Counted from the stretch's first letter, positions 22,071-32,200 are shown. The stretch is DNA of 64,000 nucleotides from an uncultured Bacilli bacterium (GCA_934183185.1 CAKPSO010000002.1:3050-67049); one strand, 5' to 3'. Notes: a model not told the origin generated them from the letters alone. Translations and numbers: made by a program.

Positions 22071-22824
22071 CGATTTCTTTTTTTGAAATTATATATGTCA
22101 ACAATTCTTTTACACTATCAGGAAATTTTTCTTCCCAATCTCTGTAAATAATTCCTAAATTAATGTATTTTTCTACTAAATCTAGTGATTCTATTGATAA
22201 ATGTCTTTTTACTCCTATAATCATACTAATATCATCATATTTCACAGTTCTTAGAAAGCCAAAGCGTTCAACTAAGTTGATTACAGAATATTTATTAAAA
22301 TCTACTTTCTGCCACAAATCATTATCTTTAATCAATAAATTATTCAAAATAGTATTAGCTGTAATTTCATGATTTCCGAATTCTTCATCACTTTTGGTTA
22401 TCATGGCTATACCATTTGGATCGATTAACCAACTCTTTAGCAGTTTACCAGTAGGTGATTCGATATTAAGTTCACTATTACTGCTAATAACTAAATCACA
22501 ATAGTAACCAGCGTTATTTTTATCAATAGCATAATTAGATACTTCTTCATATGTAAGGTTACCATCATCAGACTCTATTATAAATAGTTTATTTTTAACT
22601 GCTTTTAAGTAATTCTTATCTTTCATAAATGGATTTATAAATACGTATTTTAGTTTAGTCATAACATAATCAAAATACGGATCAAAGTATGAATAATCTT
22701 TACTAAATTTAATAAAATCATCATAGTTATCTATATTTTCACAAACTATTCTGCAAAAATCATTTACCTCATCATAATCCATAAAAACTGTTTGATTATT
22801 TGGTAACATGAAACCTACTTTCAT
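22054..22824 (-). CDS. Hypothetical protein (256 aa) inserted between ruvA and ruvB
   Basis: Intact ORF; stop overlaps annotated ruvB start; no motifs recognised. Confidence 0.4.
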   Translation of the reverse strand: MKVGFMLPNNQTVFMDYDEVNDFCRIVCENIDNYDDFIKFSKDYSYFDPYFDYVMTKLKYVFINPFMKDKNYLKAVKNKLFIIESDDGNLTYEEVSNYAIDKNNAGYYCDLVISSNSELNIESPTGKLLKSWLIDPNGIAMITKSDEEFGNHEITANTILNNLLIKDNDLWQKVDFNKYSVINLVERFGFLRTVKYDDISMIIGVKRHLSIESLDLVEKYINLGIIYRDWEEKFPDSVKELLTYIISKKEIGERRK

Positions 22825-22834
22825 TTAAATACAC

Positions 22835-23395
22835 CTACTTTAATAATAGTTTTAGTGATTCCTTAACTTGGTCTTCTAGAGATAGTTCTTGACTAACTTT
22901 TACTACTACTGATTTTATTTCTTTTTCTTTATAGCCTAATCCTTTTAATACCTCAATTAATTCTTCATAACTATTATTGTTATTAGAATTTTCCACACCT
23001 GTAATAGAAATTTTTCCTTTTAAGTCTAGAATTATTTGCTTAGCTACTTTATCACCTATCTTAGGAAATTTTTTAAGATATAAAATATTTTCTCTTTCAA
23101 TAGCATCCAATATTCCTTTTATAGAACCTGTAGCTAGAATCGGAAGAGCCATTTTTGGTCCTAATCCTTTAACACTGATTAATTTTAAAAACATTTCTTT
23201 TTCTTCCTTAGTCTTAAAGCCATATAAACTATTTTCATCTTCTCTTATAACTTGATACAAATATATTTTTGCCTCGCTATTTACATCAAATGAATATGGA
23301 TTAGGTGTATTTATTAAGTAACCAATTCCATTAACATCAAGAGTAACATTAGTTGCATCTATTTCGGTAATTGTGCCTATCATATAACTATACAT
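22835..23395 (-). CDS. ruvA: Holliday junction DNA helicase RuvA
   Basis: MYSYMIGTITEI N-terminus, HhH motifs (LISVKGLGPKMAL), C-terminal domain III; ORF-track start at 23458 probably too long. Confidence 0.9.
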   Translation of the reverse strand: MYSYMIGTITEIDATNVTLDVNGIGYLINTPNPYSFDVNSEAKIYLYQVIREDENSLYGFKTKEEKEMFLKLISVKGLGPKMALPILATGSIKGILDAIERENILYLKKFPKIGDKVAKQIILDLKGKISITGVENSNNNNSYEELIEVLKGLGYKEKEIKSVVVKVSQELSLEDQVKESLKLLLK

Positions 23396-23502
23396 ATTAA
23401 ATCCTCCAATAACTATATCAATTATATAATATTTTTTAGTAATTGAAAATACGAACAAGAGATTTATAAAATAAAAAGAAGCTTTAGGCCTCCTAAAAGA
23501 TA

Positions 23503-23949
23503 TTAAGAATTTAATTTATTTTTGATTATACTAGATACTATTCCCATATCAGCTTTTCCCTTAACTTTTGGAGTTACTGCTGACATTACTTTTCCCATAT
23601 CTTTGATACTAGTTGGTTTTACTTCCTCAAATACTTGGTTAATAATATCTGTAATTTCTTTTTCTGATAACTGTTCTGGTAAATATTTACTTAAAATATT
23701 AATTTCTGCTTCTGTCTTATCAATTAAGTCCTGACGATTACCTTTTTCAAATTCTTTGATTGATTCGTTTCTAGTTTTAATCTCTTTTGATACTACATCA
23801 ATTAATAATTCATCATTTATTTCTTTTTTGTGATCAATACTTTGTAGCTTCATAGCTCCTTTTACGCCACGAAGTGTTGCTAGGCGGATGCTATCTTTTG
23901 CCTTCATAGCTTCTATAATTTCTCTATCTAATTCTTTTACTAAATCCAT
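23503..23949 (-). CDS. yqeY: GatB/YqeY domain protein
   Basis: 148 aa, typical YqeY-rpsU gene pairing. Confidence 0.7.
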   Translation of the reverse strand: MDLVKELDREIIEAMKAKDSIRLATLRGVKGAMKLQSIDHKKEINDELLIDVVSKEIKTRNESIKEFEKGNRQDLIDKTEAEINILSKYLPEQLSEKEITDIINQVFEEVKPTSIKDMGKVMSAVTPKVKGKADMGIVSSIIKNKLNS

Positions 23950-24002
23950 TTTTATTTCTCCTATTCTTAAATCATTTTTATAGAAAAAGACTAATACTAC
24001 GA

Positions 24003-24203
24003 TTAGTCTCTATTCTTATTAGCTCTATTACGTTTACGAGTATTTTTAATGCCTTCTTTTTTGGCATTTCTTCTTTTTACTCCTGGTTTATCATAACCTT
24101 CTCTTTTCTTACATTCAGAAGGGACTCCATCTCTAGCAACTTTTTGTTTGAATTTTTTTAATGCAAATTCTAGATTTCCATTTTTTACTGCCACTTGTGT
24201 CAT
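24003..24203 (-). CDS. rpsU: 30S ribosomal protein S21
   Basis: 66 aa basic protein MTQVAVKNGNLEFALKKFKQKVARDG... Confidence 0.85.
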   Translation of the reverse strand: MTQVAVKNGNLEFALKKFKQKVARDGVPSECKKREGYDKPGVKRRNAKKEGIKNTRKRNRANKNRD

Positions 24204-24279
24204 ATTTTCCCCTCCTTCCGCGTTTACTAAAATAGATTATACCTCAAAGTTCCTTATATTTCAACATTTTTTGACATTT

Positions 24280-24642
24280 TTATTTCATAACAGGCGTTTT
24301 TGATAAAAACAGGCATTTATTGTTACCATTATTAGTATTTATTGATTCGATAAAGTTACTTCTAATACTTTCTAATTCAGTCATGATATTGGGGTCATCG
24401 TACCATGAAATTATCTCTTTTGATACTAAATCAAATATCTTTATACTTTCTTTCTCAAAGTCTTTTTCAAGTAATATATCCCTAATATATTCTAGAGGAT
24501 TATTTTTATCTTCAAGATAATCATTTAATATTTTTCTTTCATCAATGGTTAATAAATCTTTACCATCTAAATAGTCATAAAGTACTTTTTCTAGATCATA
24601 TTTAATAACTAATACTCTTAAATCTAATGTTTCTCTATTCAA
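24280..24642 (-). CDS. Hypothetical protein (120 aa)
   Basis: Intact ORF downstream of bacteriocin operon terminator. Confidence 0.35.
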   Translation of the reverse strand: MNRETLDLRVLVIKYDLEKVLYDYLDGKDLLTIDERKILNDYLEDKNNPLEYIRDILLEKDFEKESIKIFDLVSKEIISWYDDPNIMTELESIRSNFIESINTNNGNNKCLFLSKTPVMK

Positions 24643-24785
24643 AATATCCTCCTACTAATACTGCATGAGTTTATAATAACAGGATATTTTTACTATGTCA
24701 AAGGAAACTATAAAAATTAATTTTTAATTTTTCTTATATGAAAAGAGAAAATATTTCTATCTTCTCTAACATACAATTCGAAAAA

Positions 24786-24818
24786 CTAAACGGAAGAAGG
24801 TACCTAAGTACCTTCCTA
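24786..24818 (-). terminator. Rho-independent terminator ending the bacteriocin operon
   Basis: Minus strand GGAAGGUAC-UUAG-GUACCUUCUUCC then GUUUAGUUUUUCG. Confidence 0.55.
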
Positions 24819-24929
24819 GCCATAAAATGGTTAAAATACTATAGTTTAATACTACACATATAAGGGGGCATACAACTATTAAAGCAATATTTTTTAATAG
24901 ATTATTATTTAGATTTAGTTTTTTATTCA

Positions 24930-25097
24930 TTATAGTGAACACATTCTATTAGATCCTATTCTGCGAAGAGCTGATCCAAAATTTCTTCCTAAATCAGCAA
25001 CTGTTTTAAACATATTAGAAAAAGCATTTATAATTACGCCGGTAACGTTAAATCCTCCTTCAATGTTCATTAATTCTGTTTTTGATAACTGTGACAT
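24930..25097 (-). CDS. Class II bacteriocin precursor peptide 2 with double-glycine leader (not in ORF track)
   Basis: RBS GGAGGA then MSQLSKTELMNIEGG / FNVTGVIINAFSNMFKTVADLGRNFGSALRRIGSNRMCSL; leader matches the LSxxELxxIxGG consensus exactly. Confidence 0.75.
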   Translation of the reverse strand: MSQLSKTELMNIEGGFNVTGVIINAFSNMFKTVADLGRNFGSALRRIGSNRMCSL

Positions 25098-25109
25098 ATT
25101 TTATTCCTC

Positions 25110-25250
25110 CTATCTACATTTTATTGGTCTAGCTATACCATCAATAACGCCTACTATAAATACTAAGGCATTCACGATACCAAAAGCTGCCCAAAAAGAA
25201 AGCCCACCACCTTGGGTATTTTTTAATTCATTTTGTGTTAATTCTTGCAT
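25110..25250 (-). CDS. Class II bacteriocin precursor peptide 1 with double-glycine leader (not in ORF track)
   Basis: RBS GGAGGA then MQELTQNELKNTQGG / GLSFWAAFGIVNALVFIVGVIDGIARPIKCR; small-xxx-small motifs in mature peptide. Confidence 0.75.
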   Translation of the reverse strand: MQELTQNELKNTQGGGLSFWAAFGIVNALVFIVGVIDGIARPIKCR

Positions 25251-25251
25251 A

Positions 25252-25683
25252 TTACTTCCTCCAAACTTTTTCTTTTAAATAATCCCATAGAGTCATTTTA
25301 TTCTGTTCTAATGATACTTCAATCAGAGGTATAGGAGTAGATAGTTTAGACGTTTCTATTAGAACCGGTAGATAAACTTTATTATTTTCCATTATACTTT
25401 CTCTCTCTATTTTCTTTATATCATATGTATATTTCTTTTTATTGTATAGAAATTTATTACTATTAAGCCATAAATCTATATCTTGGTATGGAACTATTAC
25501 TTGATATAAATTATTCTCTTTTATCTGTATTATAAACTTTTTCTGACCTACATAAGATAATTTAAAAAATATTAAAATAAATAATATTATAAAAATCAAT
25601 AAACTACGATGAAGTACATATAAAGGTAATTTGAAATAATCTCGTTCATAATTACCACTAGTAAGACTATTAATTATTTTCAT
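25252..25683 (-). CDS. Small membrane protein between exporter and bacteriocin genes (candidate immunity protein or truncated HlyD/LcnD-type accessory)
   Basis: 143 aa, one N-terminal TM helix (LLIFIILFILIFF); far shorter than the ~450-aa accessory proteins. Confidence 0.4.
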   Translation of the reverse strand: MKIINSLTSGNYERDYFKLPLYVLHRSLLIFIILFILIFFKLSYVGQKKFIIQIKENNLYQVIVPYQDIDLWLNSNKFLYNKKKYTYDIKKIERESIMENNKVYLPVLIETSKLSTPIPLIEVSLEQNKMTLWDYLKEKVWRK

Positions 25684-27751
25684 AGCAGATACCTTCTCTC
25701 ATTTCTATTTTTCGATTAAATAGATCATTATTGTGGTAACGGTGTGAAATAATTATAAAAGTCTTTTCAGGATACTTAGTAAATATATTGGTAAGTATTT
25801 CTCTTTCTCTATCAATATCTATTTCATTTAGACTCTCATCAAATATATACAAATCAGCATTCTTATAAATAGCTCTGGCAAGAATTATTCTTTGCCTTTC
25901 TCCACCACTTATATTAAAGCCATTTTCTTCTAATAGCATATTATATTTTAATGGATTGTTTTCTACTATTTCATCTACTTTGCATAAGGCGCATATATCT
26001 AAAAATGATTCATATTCTTCTTCGCTATCTAAATGAATATTTTGGTATACTGAGTCTTGAAATAAGATTTCATTCTGAGATAAGTAACATACCTGTCTTT
26101 TTAGAGTATCATTATCATACTCAGATAATGGATATTTATCTAGAGTTATACTTCCAGTAACTTGGGGTATTATTCCAGCTAATATTTTAGCTAGAGTACT
26201 TTTACCACTACCGCTTTTACCATAAATTAATACACGGTCACGAGCTTTTATTTCTAACGAAATTCCATTTAGAATTTTTCTTTTAGGACTATATTGATAA
26301 CTTAAATCCTTTACCATTATATTTCCAATAATTTTCTCTTTCTTCATTTTGATATTCTGAGCTTCATCTTGTGGTATTTGAAATAAGTCATCTACTCTTT
26401 CAATGGAAAGTTTGGCATCCCTCCACTTATATCCTATATCAAAAAGATTTCTAATTGGTTCAAAAAAATAAACTAATAATGTATAGAAAGTGAGAAGTTG
26501 TCCTAATGATATATTATCTTTTAGGACCATGAAAGAGCCTACAATTATAACCAAGAGAATGCCTATTTCTTCGATTAAATCACTTAGTGAACGTAAGTAG
26601 GTAAAAATAGTTGAAGTTCTGTAACTTACTTGTAAATACTCTTTTAATTTGGTAATGAAATTATGTTCTACATACTTTTCTATACCAAATCCACGTACTG
26701 TTTCCATTCCTGATATTGTTTCAACTAAATAAGAATTAGTAATATTAGCTTTTTCTTTTAATACTTTCATTCTTTTAGAAAACAATTGCCAAGATATTAG
26801 TATTATAATAACTAATATTAAAGTAATTACTATTAATATGCTTGATAATTGTATGCTTAGTTTAAGTAATACTATAATAACTGTTATTAAAAGAAAAGTA
26901 TCAACAAAGCAGGTAACAAAAACTTTTCCTAGAAAATCTTTTATATTTTCTAAATCCTGAACTCTAGCTACTATTTCTCCTGTAGAATGATTTTTATAAT
27001 ATAAATATGGGAGGGATAATAATTTGTGGTAAACATCTGTAAGAAGACTATTACTAATTACGTGATTGAAATGATGTAGTAATAAGTTTCTCCATAATTC
27101 AAGCCATTTTTTTAATAATATTACGAACATAAATGAAATTCCACCAAAATAAAGATTCGTAATGGATGAATATTGGATCACATAATCTAGTAATACTTGG
27201 AATTCAAATGATGAGACTATACTTAAAAAAGTAGTAAATGCTGATATTAAAGCTAAGCATATTAAATTCTTTCTATACTTATAAATTATCTTCTTGATTT
27301 TTGGCATTATTAATGATGAGTCTGTGTAATTAGGTATTTTCTTAACGGGGTATAAACATAAATATAAATCAGAAGATATTTTATTGAAGTCAAGAAAACT
27401 TATTTTTTTAATAGACGAGGCTGGATCTGCTATTAAAATCTTTTTTCTTTTATAGTCTATTTTGTAGATAACTATAAAGTGTTGGTAACTATTATTTATA
27501 ACTACGTGGGCTATACATGGTAAATCATTTTGATCCATATCTTCAATTTTACCTTTTAGTCCTTTAGTAGAAAAATTAAACTTTTTTGCAGCTTCCAATA
27601 AAGAATAGGCATCTACTCCATCTTTGGTTGTATGAGTAATATCTCTTAAATATTCTTTTGAAGCTCCACCACCATAATACTTCATTATCATAAGTAAGGA
27701 TGCTACCCCACAATCTTTAATTCCATCTTGAGATACAAATGGATATTTCAT
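25670..27751 (-). CDS. Bacteriocin ABC transporter with N-terminal C39 double-glycine peptidase domain
   Basis: C39 catalytic Cys (QDGIKDCGVASLLMI) and His (QHFIVIY), six TM helices, Walker A GKSGSGKST, signature LSGGERQR; probable start MKYPF at 27751. Confidence 0.9.
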   Translation of the reverse strand: MKYPFVSQDGIKDCGVASLLMIMKYYGGGASKEYLRDITHTTKDGVDAYSLLEAAKKFNFSTKGLKGKIEDMDQNDLPCIAHVVINNSYQHFIVIYKIDYKRKKILIADPASSIKKISFLDFNKISSDLYLCLYPVKKIPNYTDSSLIMPKIKKIIYKYRKNLICLALISAFTTFLSIVSSFEFQVLLDYVIQYSSITNLYFGGISFMFVILLKKWLELWRNLLLHHFNHVISNSLLTDVYHKLLSLPYLYYKNHSTGEIVARVQDLENIKDFLGKVFVTCFVDTFLLITVIIVLLKLSIQLSSILIVITLILVIIILISWQLFSKRMKVLKEKANITNSYLVETISGMETVRGFGIEKYVEHNFITKLKEYLQVSYRTSTIFTYLRSLSDLIEEIGILLVIIVGSFMVLKDNISLGQLLTFYTLLVYFFEPIRNLFDIGYKWRDAKLSIERVDDLFQIPQDEAQNIKMKKEKIIGNIMVKDLSYQYSPKRKILNGISLEIKARDRVLIYGKSGSGKSTLAKILAGIIPQVTGSITLDKYPLSEYDNDTLKRQVCYLSQNEILFQDSVYQNIHLDSEEEYESFLDICALCKVDEIVENNPLKYNMLLEENGFNISGGERQRIILARAIYKNADLYIFDESLNEIDIDREREILTNIFTKYPEKTFIIISHRYHNNDLFNRKIEMREGICYENN

Positions 27752-27850
27752 AATTATTATCACCTCCTGATAATAATTATTATAAGAAAGTTGGAAGATG
27801 ACTGCATTTTTTTTCAAAAAAGTTAAAAAAAATGAAAAAAACAGTATTTT

Positions 27851-30235
27851 TCAACTGTTTCTTACGTAAGAATTGGTTTTTTTCGTTACTTCATCAATTA
27901 TTTTATTAAATATGATCATTACTTCTTCATCACTTAAAGTACGATTTTGATCACTAAATGTTAAGTTGAAAGCAATAGAGCGTTCGTCAGAAGCAACGTT
28001 TTCGCCTTCATATACATCAAATATAGTTATGTTTGTTAGTAAATGCCCAGCTGCTTTTTTGATAACTGTCATTAACAGTTCTGCTGTTGTACCCTTTTTA
28101 ACTACGAAAGCAATGTCTTTAGAAATAGATGGGTATTTAGATAGTTCCTTATATTGCATTTTCTTTACTCTAAATGAGAATAGTTTATCTAAATTTATTT
28201 CCATAACGTAAATAGAATCTTTAGTAATACTTGGGTGTATTTTACCTATTATTCCTATTTTAGTACCATTTAAGATAATAGATGCACTTTGTCCTGGATG
28301 AAGTTCTTTTGGAAGATCAGTAACAGTTAGGGCGTAACGATTTTGATATCCCAAGTATTCTAGTAATTCTTCTAAGATACCCTTTATATAATAGAAGTCT
28401 ACGGTTATTTTTTCTAATCCTACTGAATAATTACCTGTCATTAGTACAGCTAGTTTATTTTCTTCATAGTACTTTCCTTCTTTTTTATAGAAACCTTTAC
28501 CCACCTCATAAAGAAAAATATCTTTTTGGCCTCTAGCTTTATTATAATTATATATATCCATAAGTGATGGAATTAAGCTGTAGCGTAAGCTGTTTCTATC
28601 ATTACTCATTGGATCTAGGACTTTAACCATTTCTACATCATCAGTAGTATATTTGCCTGCTTCTTTATCTGATATAAGAGCATAGCTTAGGGTTTCGTTT
28701 AAGCCAAGCATAGCCATCTTATTGCGTACTATACGTAGATTTTTATTTACACTACCTGGTTTAACTGGTAAAATCATTGCTTTTCCTACTATTTTATCTA
28801 TTCCATATATTCTACCTACTTCTTCTATTAAGTCTTCTTTAATAGAAATATCAATTCTTCTAGTAGGAACTGTTACAGTAATTACATCACTATTAGTAGC
28901 TGTTTCAAATCCTAAGCGTTTAAAAATTGATAGTATTTCGTCTTTAGATATTTCAATACCTAAGACACTATTAATTTTTTCTGTAGTTATAGATATTTTC
29001 TTATCTTGAATATTTAATTTATTATATTCAACCATACCACCAACTATTTCGGCATCGGCATATTTTTCCAATAAATGACAGCTTCTTAGCATAGCCATAT
29101 AAGTTCTTTTAGGATCTAATCCTTTCTCAAAACGATTACTTGCTTCACTTCTTAATACTTTTTTAGAGGTTTTACGAATACTTGTGGCATCAAAAATAGC
29201 TGATTCAATTATTATGTTTTTAGTATCCATTTCTATTTCTGTAGTTAATCCTCCCATAACTCCAGCAAGGCCAACTGCACCATCCTTATTAGCAATTACG
29301 ATATCACTATTAGATAGTGTTCTTAATTCATTATCTAGAGTTACTAGTTCTTCGTTATCTGATGCCATTCTTACGGTTAGACTATTTCCTAACCTATCAC
29401 TATCATAATAATGTAGAGGTTGTCCTGTTTCTAGCATAACATAGTTAGAAATATCAACAATATTATTAATTGGACGAATACCTGATGCTATCAATCTATT
29501 CTTTATGAAATCTGGGCTTTCTTTGATAGTTACATTTTTTACTTGTTTAGCTAAGAATAATTGGCAATTAGAGGTTTCAATATTTAATTTGAAAGTATCA
29601 TTTATATTATCGTTATTTTCTGTAAAAGTTAAATCAATGTCTTTAACTTCTTTATCATATAGGGCTCCTATTTCATAGGCCATTCCTAGGATACTTAGTA
29701 AGTCTCCTCTATTTGAAGTAAGTTCAAAGTCAATTACTTCATCATCTAATCCTAATAATTTTATTGGATCTTCTCCAACTACAGCATCACTAGGTAATTC
29801 ATGTATACCAGCAACATCTTTTTCCTTTAAAAATTTATGTTCAAGACCAAGTTCAGCTATGGAACAAAGCATACCATTTGATTCTTCACCACGAATTGTT
29901 CCCTTTTTGATGACTCCTCCTGGTAATACAGCCCCATCTAAGGCAACTATTACTTTTAATCCAGTTCTAACATTTGGAGCTCCGCAAACTATCTGTAGTA
30001 CTTCTTTTCCAACATTTACTTTGCATATATGTAAGTGATCACTATTAGGATGATTGATACATTCTAATACTTCTCCAATCACTAAATTAGATACTGGTAA
30101 TAATGGGCCACATGAGTCGTATTCATTACCAATACTAGTCATATCTTCAGCTAATGTTTTAGTATCAACAGGAATATCTACATATTCTTTAACAAAATTT
30201 CTACTTAATTTCATTTTCTTCATCCTTTCTGTCAA
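27851..30235 (-). CDS. pheT: Phenylalanine--tRNA ligase beta subunit
   Basis: 794 aa with tRNA-binding, B3/B4, B5 and FDX-ACB domain order. Confidence 0.95.
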   Translation of the reverse strand: MTERMKKMKLSRNFVKEYVDIPVDTKTLAEDMTSIGNEYDSCGPLLPVSNLVIGEVLECINHPNSDHLHICKVNVGKEVLQIVCGAPNVRTGLKVIVALDGAVLPGGVIKKGTIRGEESNGMLCSIAELGLEHKFLKEKDVAGIHELPSDAVVGEDPIKLLGLDDEVIDFELTSNRGDLLSILGMAYEIGALYDKEVKDIDLTFTENNDNINDTFKLNIETSNCQLFLAKQVKNVTIKESPDFIKNRLIASGIRPINNIVDISNYVMLETGQPLHYYDSDRLGNSLTVRMASDNEELVTLDNELRTLSNSDIVIANKDGAVGLAGVMGGLTTEIEMDTKNIIIESAIFDATSIRKTSKKVLRSEASNRFEKGLDPKRTYMAMLRSCHLLEKYADAEIVGGMVEYNKLNIQDKKISITTEKINSVLGIEISKDEILSIFKRLGFETATNSDVITVTVPTRRIDISIKEDLIEEVGRIYGIDKIVGKAMILPVKPGSVNKNLRIVRNKMAMLGLNETLSYALISDKEAGKYTTDDVEMVKVLDPMSNDRNSLRYSLIPSLMDIYNYNKARGQKDIFLYEVGKGFYKKEGKYYEENKLAVLMTGNYSVGLEKITVDFYYIKGILEELLEYLGYQNRYALTVTDLPKELHPGQSASIILNGTKIGIIGKIHPSITKDSIYVMEINLDKLFSFRVKKMQYKELSKYPSISKDIAFVVKKGTTAELLMTVIKKAAGHLLTNITIFDVYEGENVASDERSIAFNLTFSDQNRTLSDEEVMIIFNKIIDEVTKKTNSYVRNS

Positions 30236-31259
30236 ACTGTTTTAGGAAGCGAACATCATTTGTATATAGGTAACGAATATCAGGAATAGCATAACGGAAC
30301 ATTGTGAAACGATCTAATCCAGTTCCAAAGGCAAATCCTGTCCATTCTTCTGGGTCATATCCACCCATTCTTAGAACGTTAGGATGAACCATACCGGCAC
30401 CTAGTACTTCAATCCAACCAGTTTGTTTACATAATGAACACCCTTTACCACCACATTTAAAGCAACTAACGTCTACTTCTACACTAGGTTCAGTGAAGGG
30501 GAAGAAACTTGGTCTAAATCTTACTTTCGTATTTTCTCCTAACATCTTTTTAGCAAATAGTTCTAAAGTCCCCTTTAAGTCAGCTAAACTAATATTTTTA
30601 TCTATTACTAAACCTTCTACTTGCCCAAATTGATGAGAGTGGGTTGCATCATCATCTCTACGATATACTTTACCAGGACAAATCATACGAATTGGTTTCT
30701 TTTCTTCGTTATTTTGCATAGTTCTTGCTTGAACACTTGAAGTTTGAGTTCTTAATAAATATTCATCATCAATATAGAATGTATCTTGACTATCACGAGC
30801 TGGATGTCCTAATGGAACATTTAAACGTTGAAAACAGTTCTCATCAGTTTCTATTTCTGGTCCATCTACTACATCATAACCCATTGATACAAAGAAATCT
30901 TCTACATCTTCTACTATTCTATTAAATGGATGGCGTGTCCCTCTATTTAGTTTTTTACTTGGTAAACTAATGTCAATAGTTTCAGTTAATAATTTGGCAT
31001 CTAATTCCTTCTGTTTTAACTCTTTTTCTTTATCCTCTATTATGGTAGTTACATAAGTTCTTGCTTCATTAATAACCTGACCAAAGTTTTTTCTTTCTTC
31101 TGGTAATAATTCTTTCATTTTACTAGAAAGCTCAGTTACTAGACCTTTTTTTCCTAAATATTTAACTTTTAATTCTTGAACTTCTTTTAAAGATTCAATA
31201 TTTTCTATATCACCATTTAATTCTTCTTTTATAGTTCTGATTTTTTCATTTGTTTCCAT
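30201..31259 (-). CDS. pheS: Phenylalanine--tRNA ligase alpha subunit
   Basis: Class II motifs (FRPSFFPFTEPS, GAGMVHPNVL, GFAFGTGLDR). Confidence 0.95.
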   Translation of the reverse strand: METNEKIRTIKEELNGDIENIESLKEVQELKVKYLGKKGLVTELSSKMKELLPEERKNFGQVINEARTYVTTIIEDKEKELKQKELDAKLLTETIDISLPSKKLNRGTRHPFNRIVEDVEDFFVSMGYDVVDGPEIETDENCFQRLNVPLGHPARDSQDTFYIDDEYLLRTQTSSVQARTMQNNEEKKPIRMICPGKVYRRDDDATHSHQFGQVEGLVIDKNISLADLKGTLELFAKKMLGENTKVRFRPSFFPFTEPSVEVDVSCFKCGGKGCSLCKQTGWIEVLGAGMVHPNVLRMGGYDPEEWTGFAFGTGLDRFTMFRYAIPDIRYLYTNDVRFLKQFDRKDEENEIK

Positions 31260-31951
31260 TTTCTTCCTCCTATTAAAAATGCTTGTATATAGTTTATAAC
31301 TTTTTCTTTTTTTCTTCCTTTTACTAAAACATGTCTCCCATCTTTTACAGTAGTAAAGGTAACTTTAGATGATGGTATATTTTCTTCAATATATTTAAGT
31401 GTTTTATATGGTACTACTTCATCTTTATCTCCTTGCAGTACTAAGGCTTCTACTTTTACTTCTTTTAAACAATCACGATAATTCTTGATTAATTTTCTAA
31501 ATTCCATAACGGTTGAGATAGGAACTTTAATTAGTTTATAGAAAAAGTTTTTATATGATGCTTCACTATCAGATAAGGCTTTAAGATTACGAAAATCTTC
31601 TTTATATTGACTAACACTTAGATAATCATATGCTGCTGATAAAAAGACTACCTTCTTTATTTGGGAATATTTTGATGCTAGATAGCCAGCTAAGACACCA
31701 CCCATGCTATGCCCTATTACGTATATTTTATGGTAACCATTTTTTATTAAATATTCCATCTGCTTATCTACGGCACTAACCCAATCTTCATATTTTACTT
31801 TATTAATAACATATTTTTCATGGGCAGGAAGTGTCCAAGCATATACATCAAATGAATTATTTAATTCTAAAGTATTTACCAGATATTCATTATCTGATAG
31901 ACCAGCACTAAAGCCATGGATAACTAGTATTGCCTTTCTAAATAGTTTCAT
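31229..31951 (-). CDS. Alpha/beta-hydrolase fold esterase/lipase, first gene downstream of the Phe T-box
   Basis: GHSMGG nucleophile elbow; overlaps pheS start by 31 nt; GGAGG RBS directly after T-box terminator. Confidence 0.6.
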   Translation of the reverse strand: MKLFRKAILVIHGFSAGLSDNEYLVNTLELNNSFDVYAWTLPAHEKYVINKVKYEDWVSAVDKQMEYLIKNGYHKIYVIGHSMGGVLAGYLASKYSQIKKVVFLSAAYDYLSVSQYKEDFRNLKALSDSEASYKNFFYKLIKVPISTVMEFRKLIKNYRDCLKEVKVEALVLQGDKDEVVPYKTLKYIEENIPSSKVTFTTVKDGRHVLVKGRKKEKVINYIQAFLIGGRKWKQMKKSEL

Positions 31952-31954
31952 TAT

Positions 31955-32200
31955 TTACCTCCAAAAAAGCGACCACTCGTATAAGGACGAATGATCGCGG
32001 TACCACCTTAATTCATAGTATAAACTATGCAACTTTATTTTTTTAACGCAAAATTACGTCCAATATTAATTGGAAACTCATAAGGTGAATTCATAAGAAT
32101 CTATTTATTTGTTTGCACCAACCACAAATTCTCTGATAATAGATTATCTTATTACTACTTCTTATTCAACGTTTTTATGTCAATGATTATAACTCTAATC
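31955..32200 (-). promoter_or_regulatory. T-box riboswitch leader (Phe specifier UUC) for esterase-pheS-pheT
   Basis: Minus strand AAGGUGGUACCGCGAUC T-box sequence, terminator GCGAUCA...UGGUCGC plus UUUUUU, AGAGA stem I element, GAAUUCACC specifier-like segment. Confidence 0.7.

Noticed and set aside
24766-24930. Third small hydrophobic ORF (54 aa, MNKKLNLNNNLLKNIALIVVCPLICVV...) downstream of bacteriocin peptide 2
   Set aside because: No RBS and it reads through the operon terminator hairpin; kept only as a low-probability immunity candidate.
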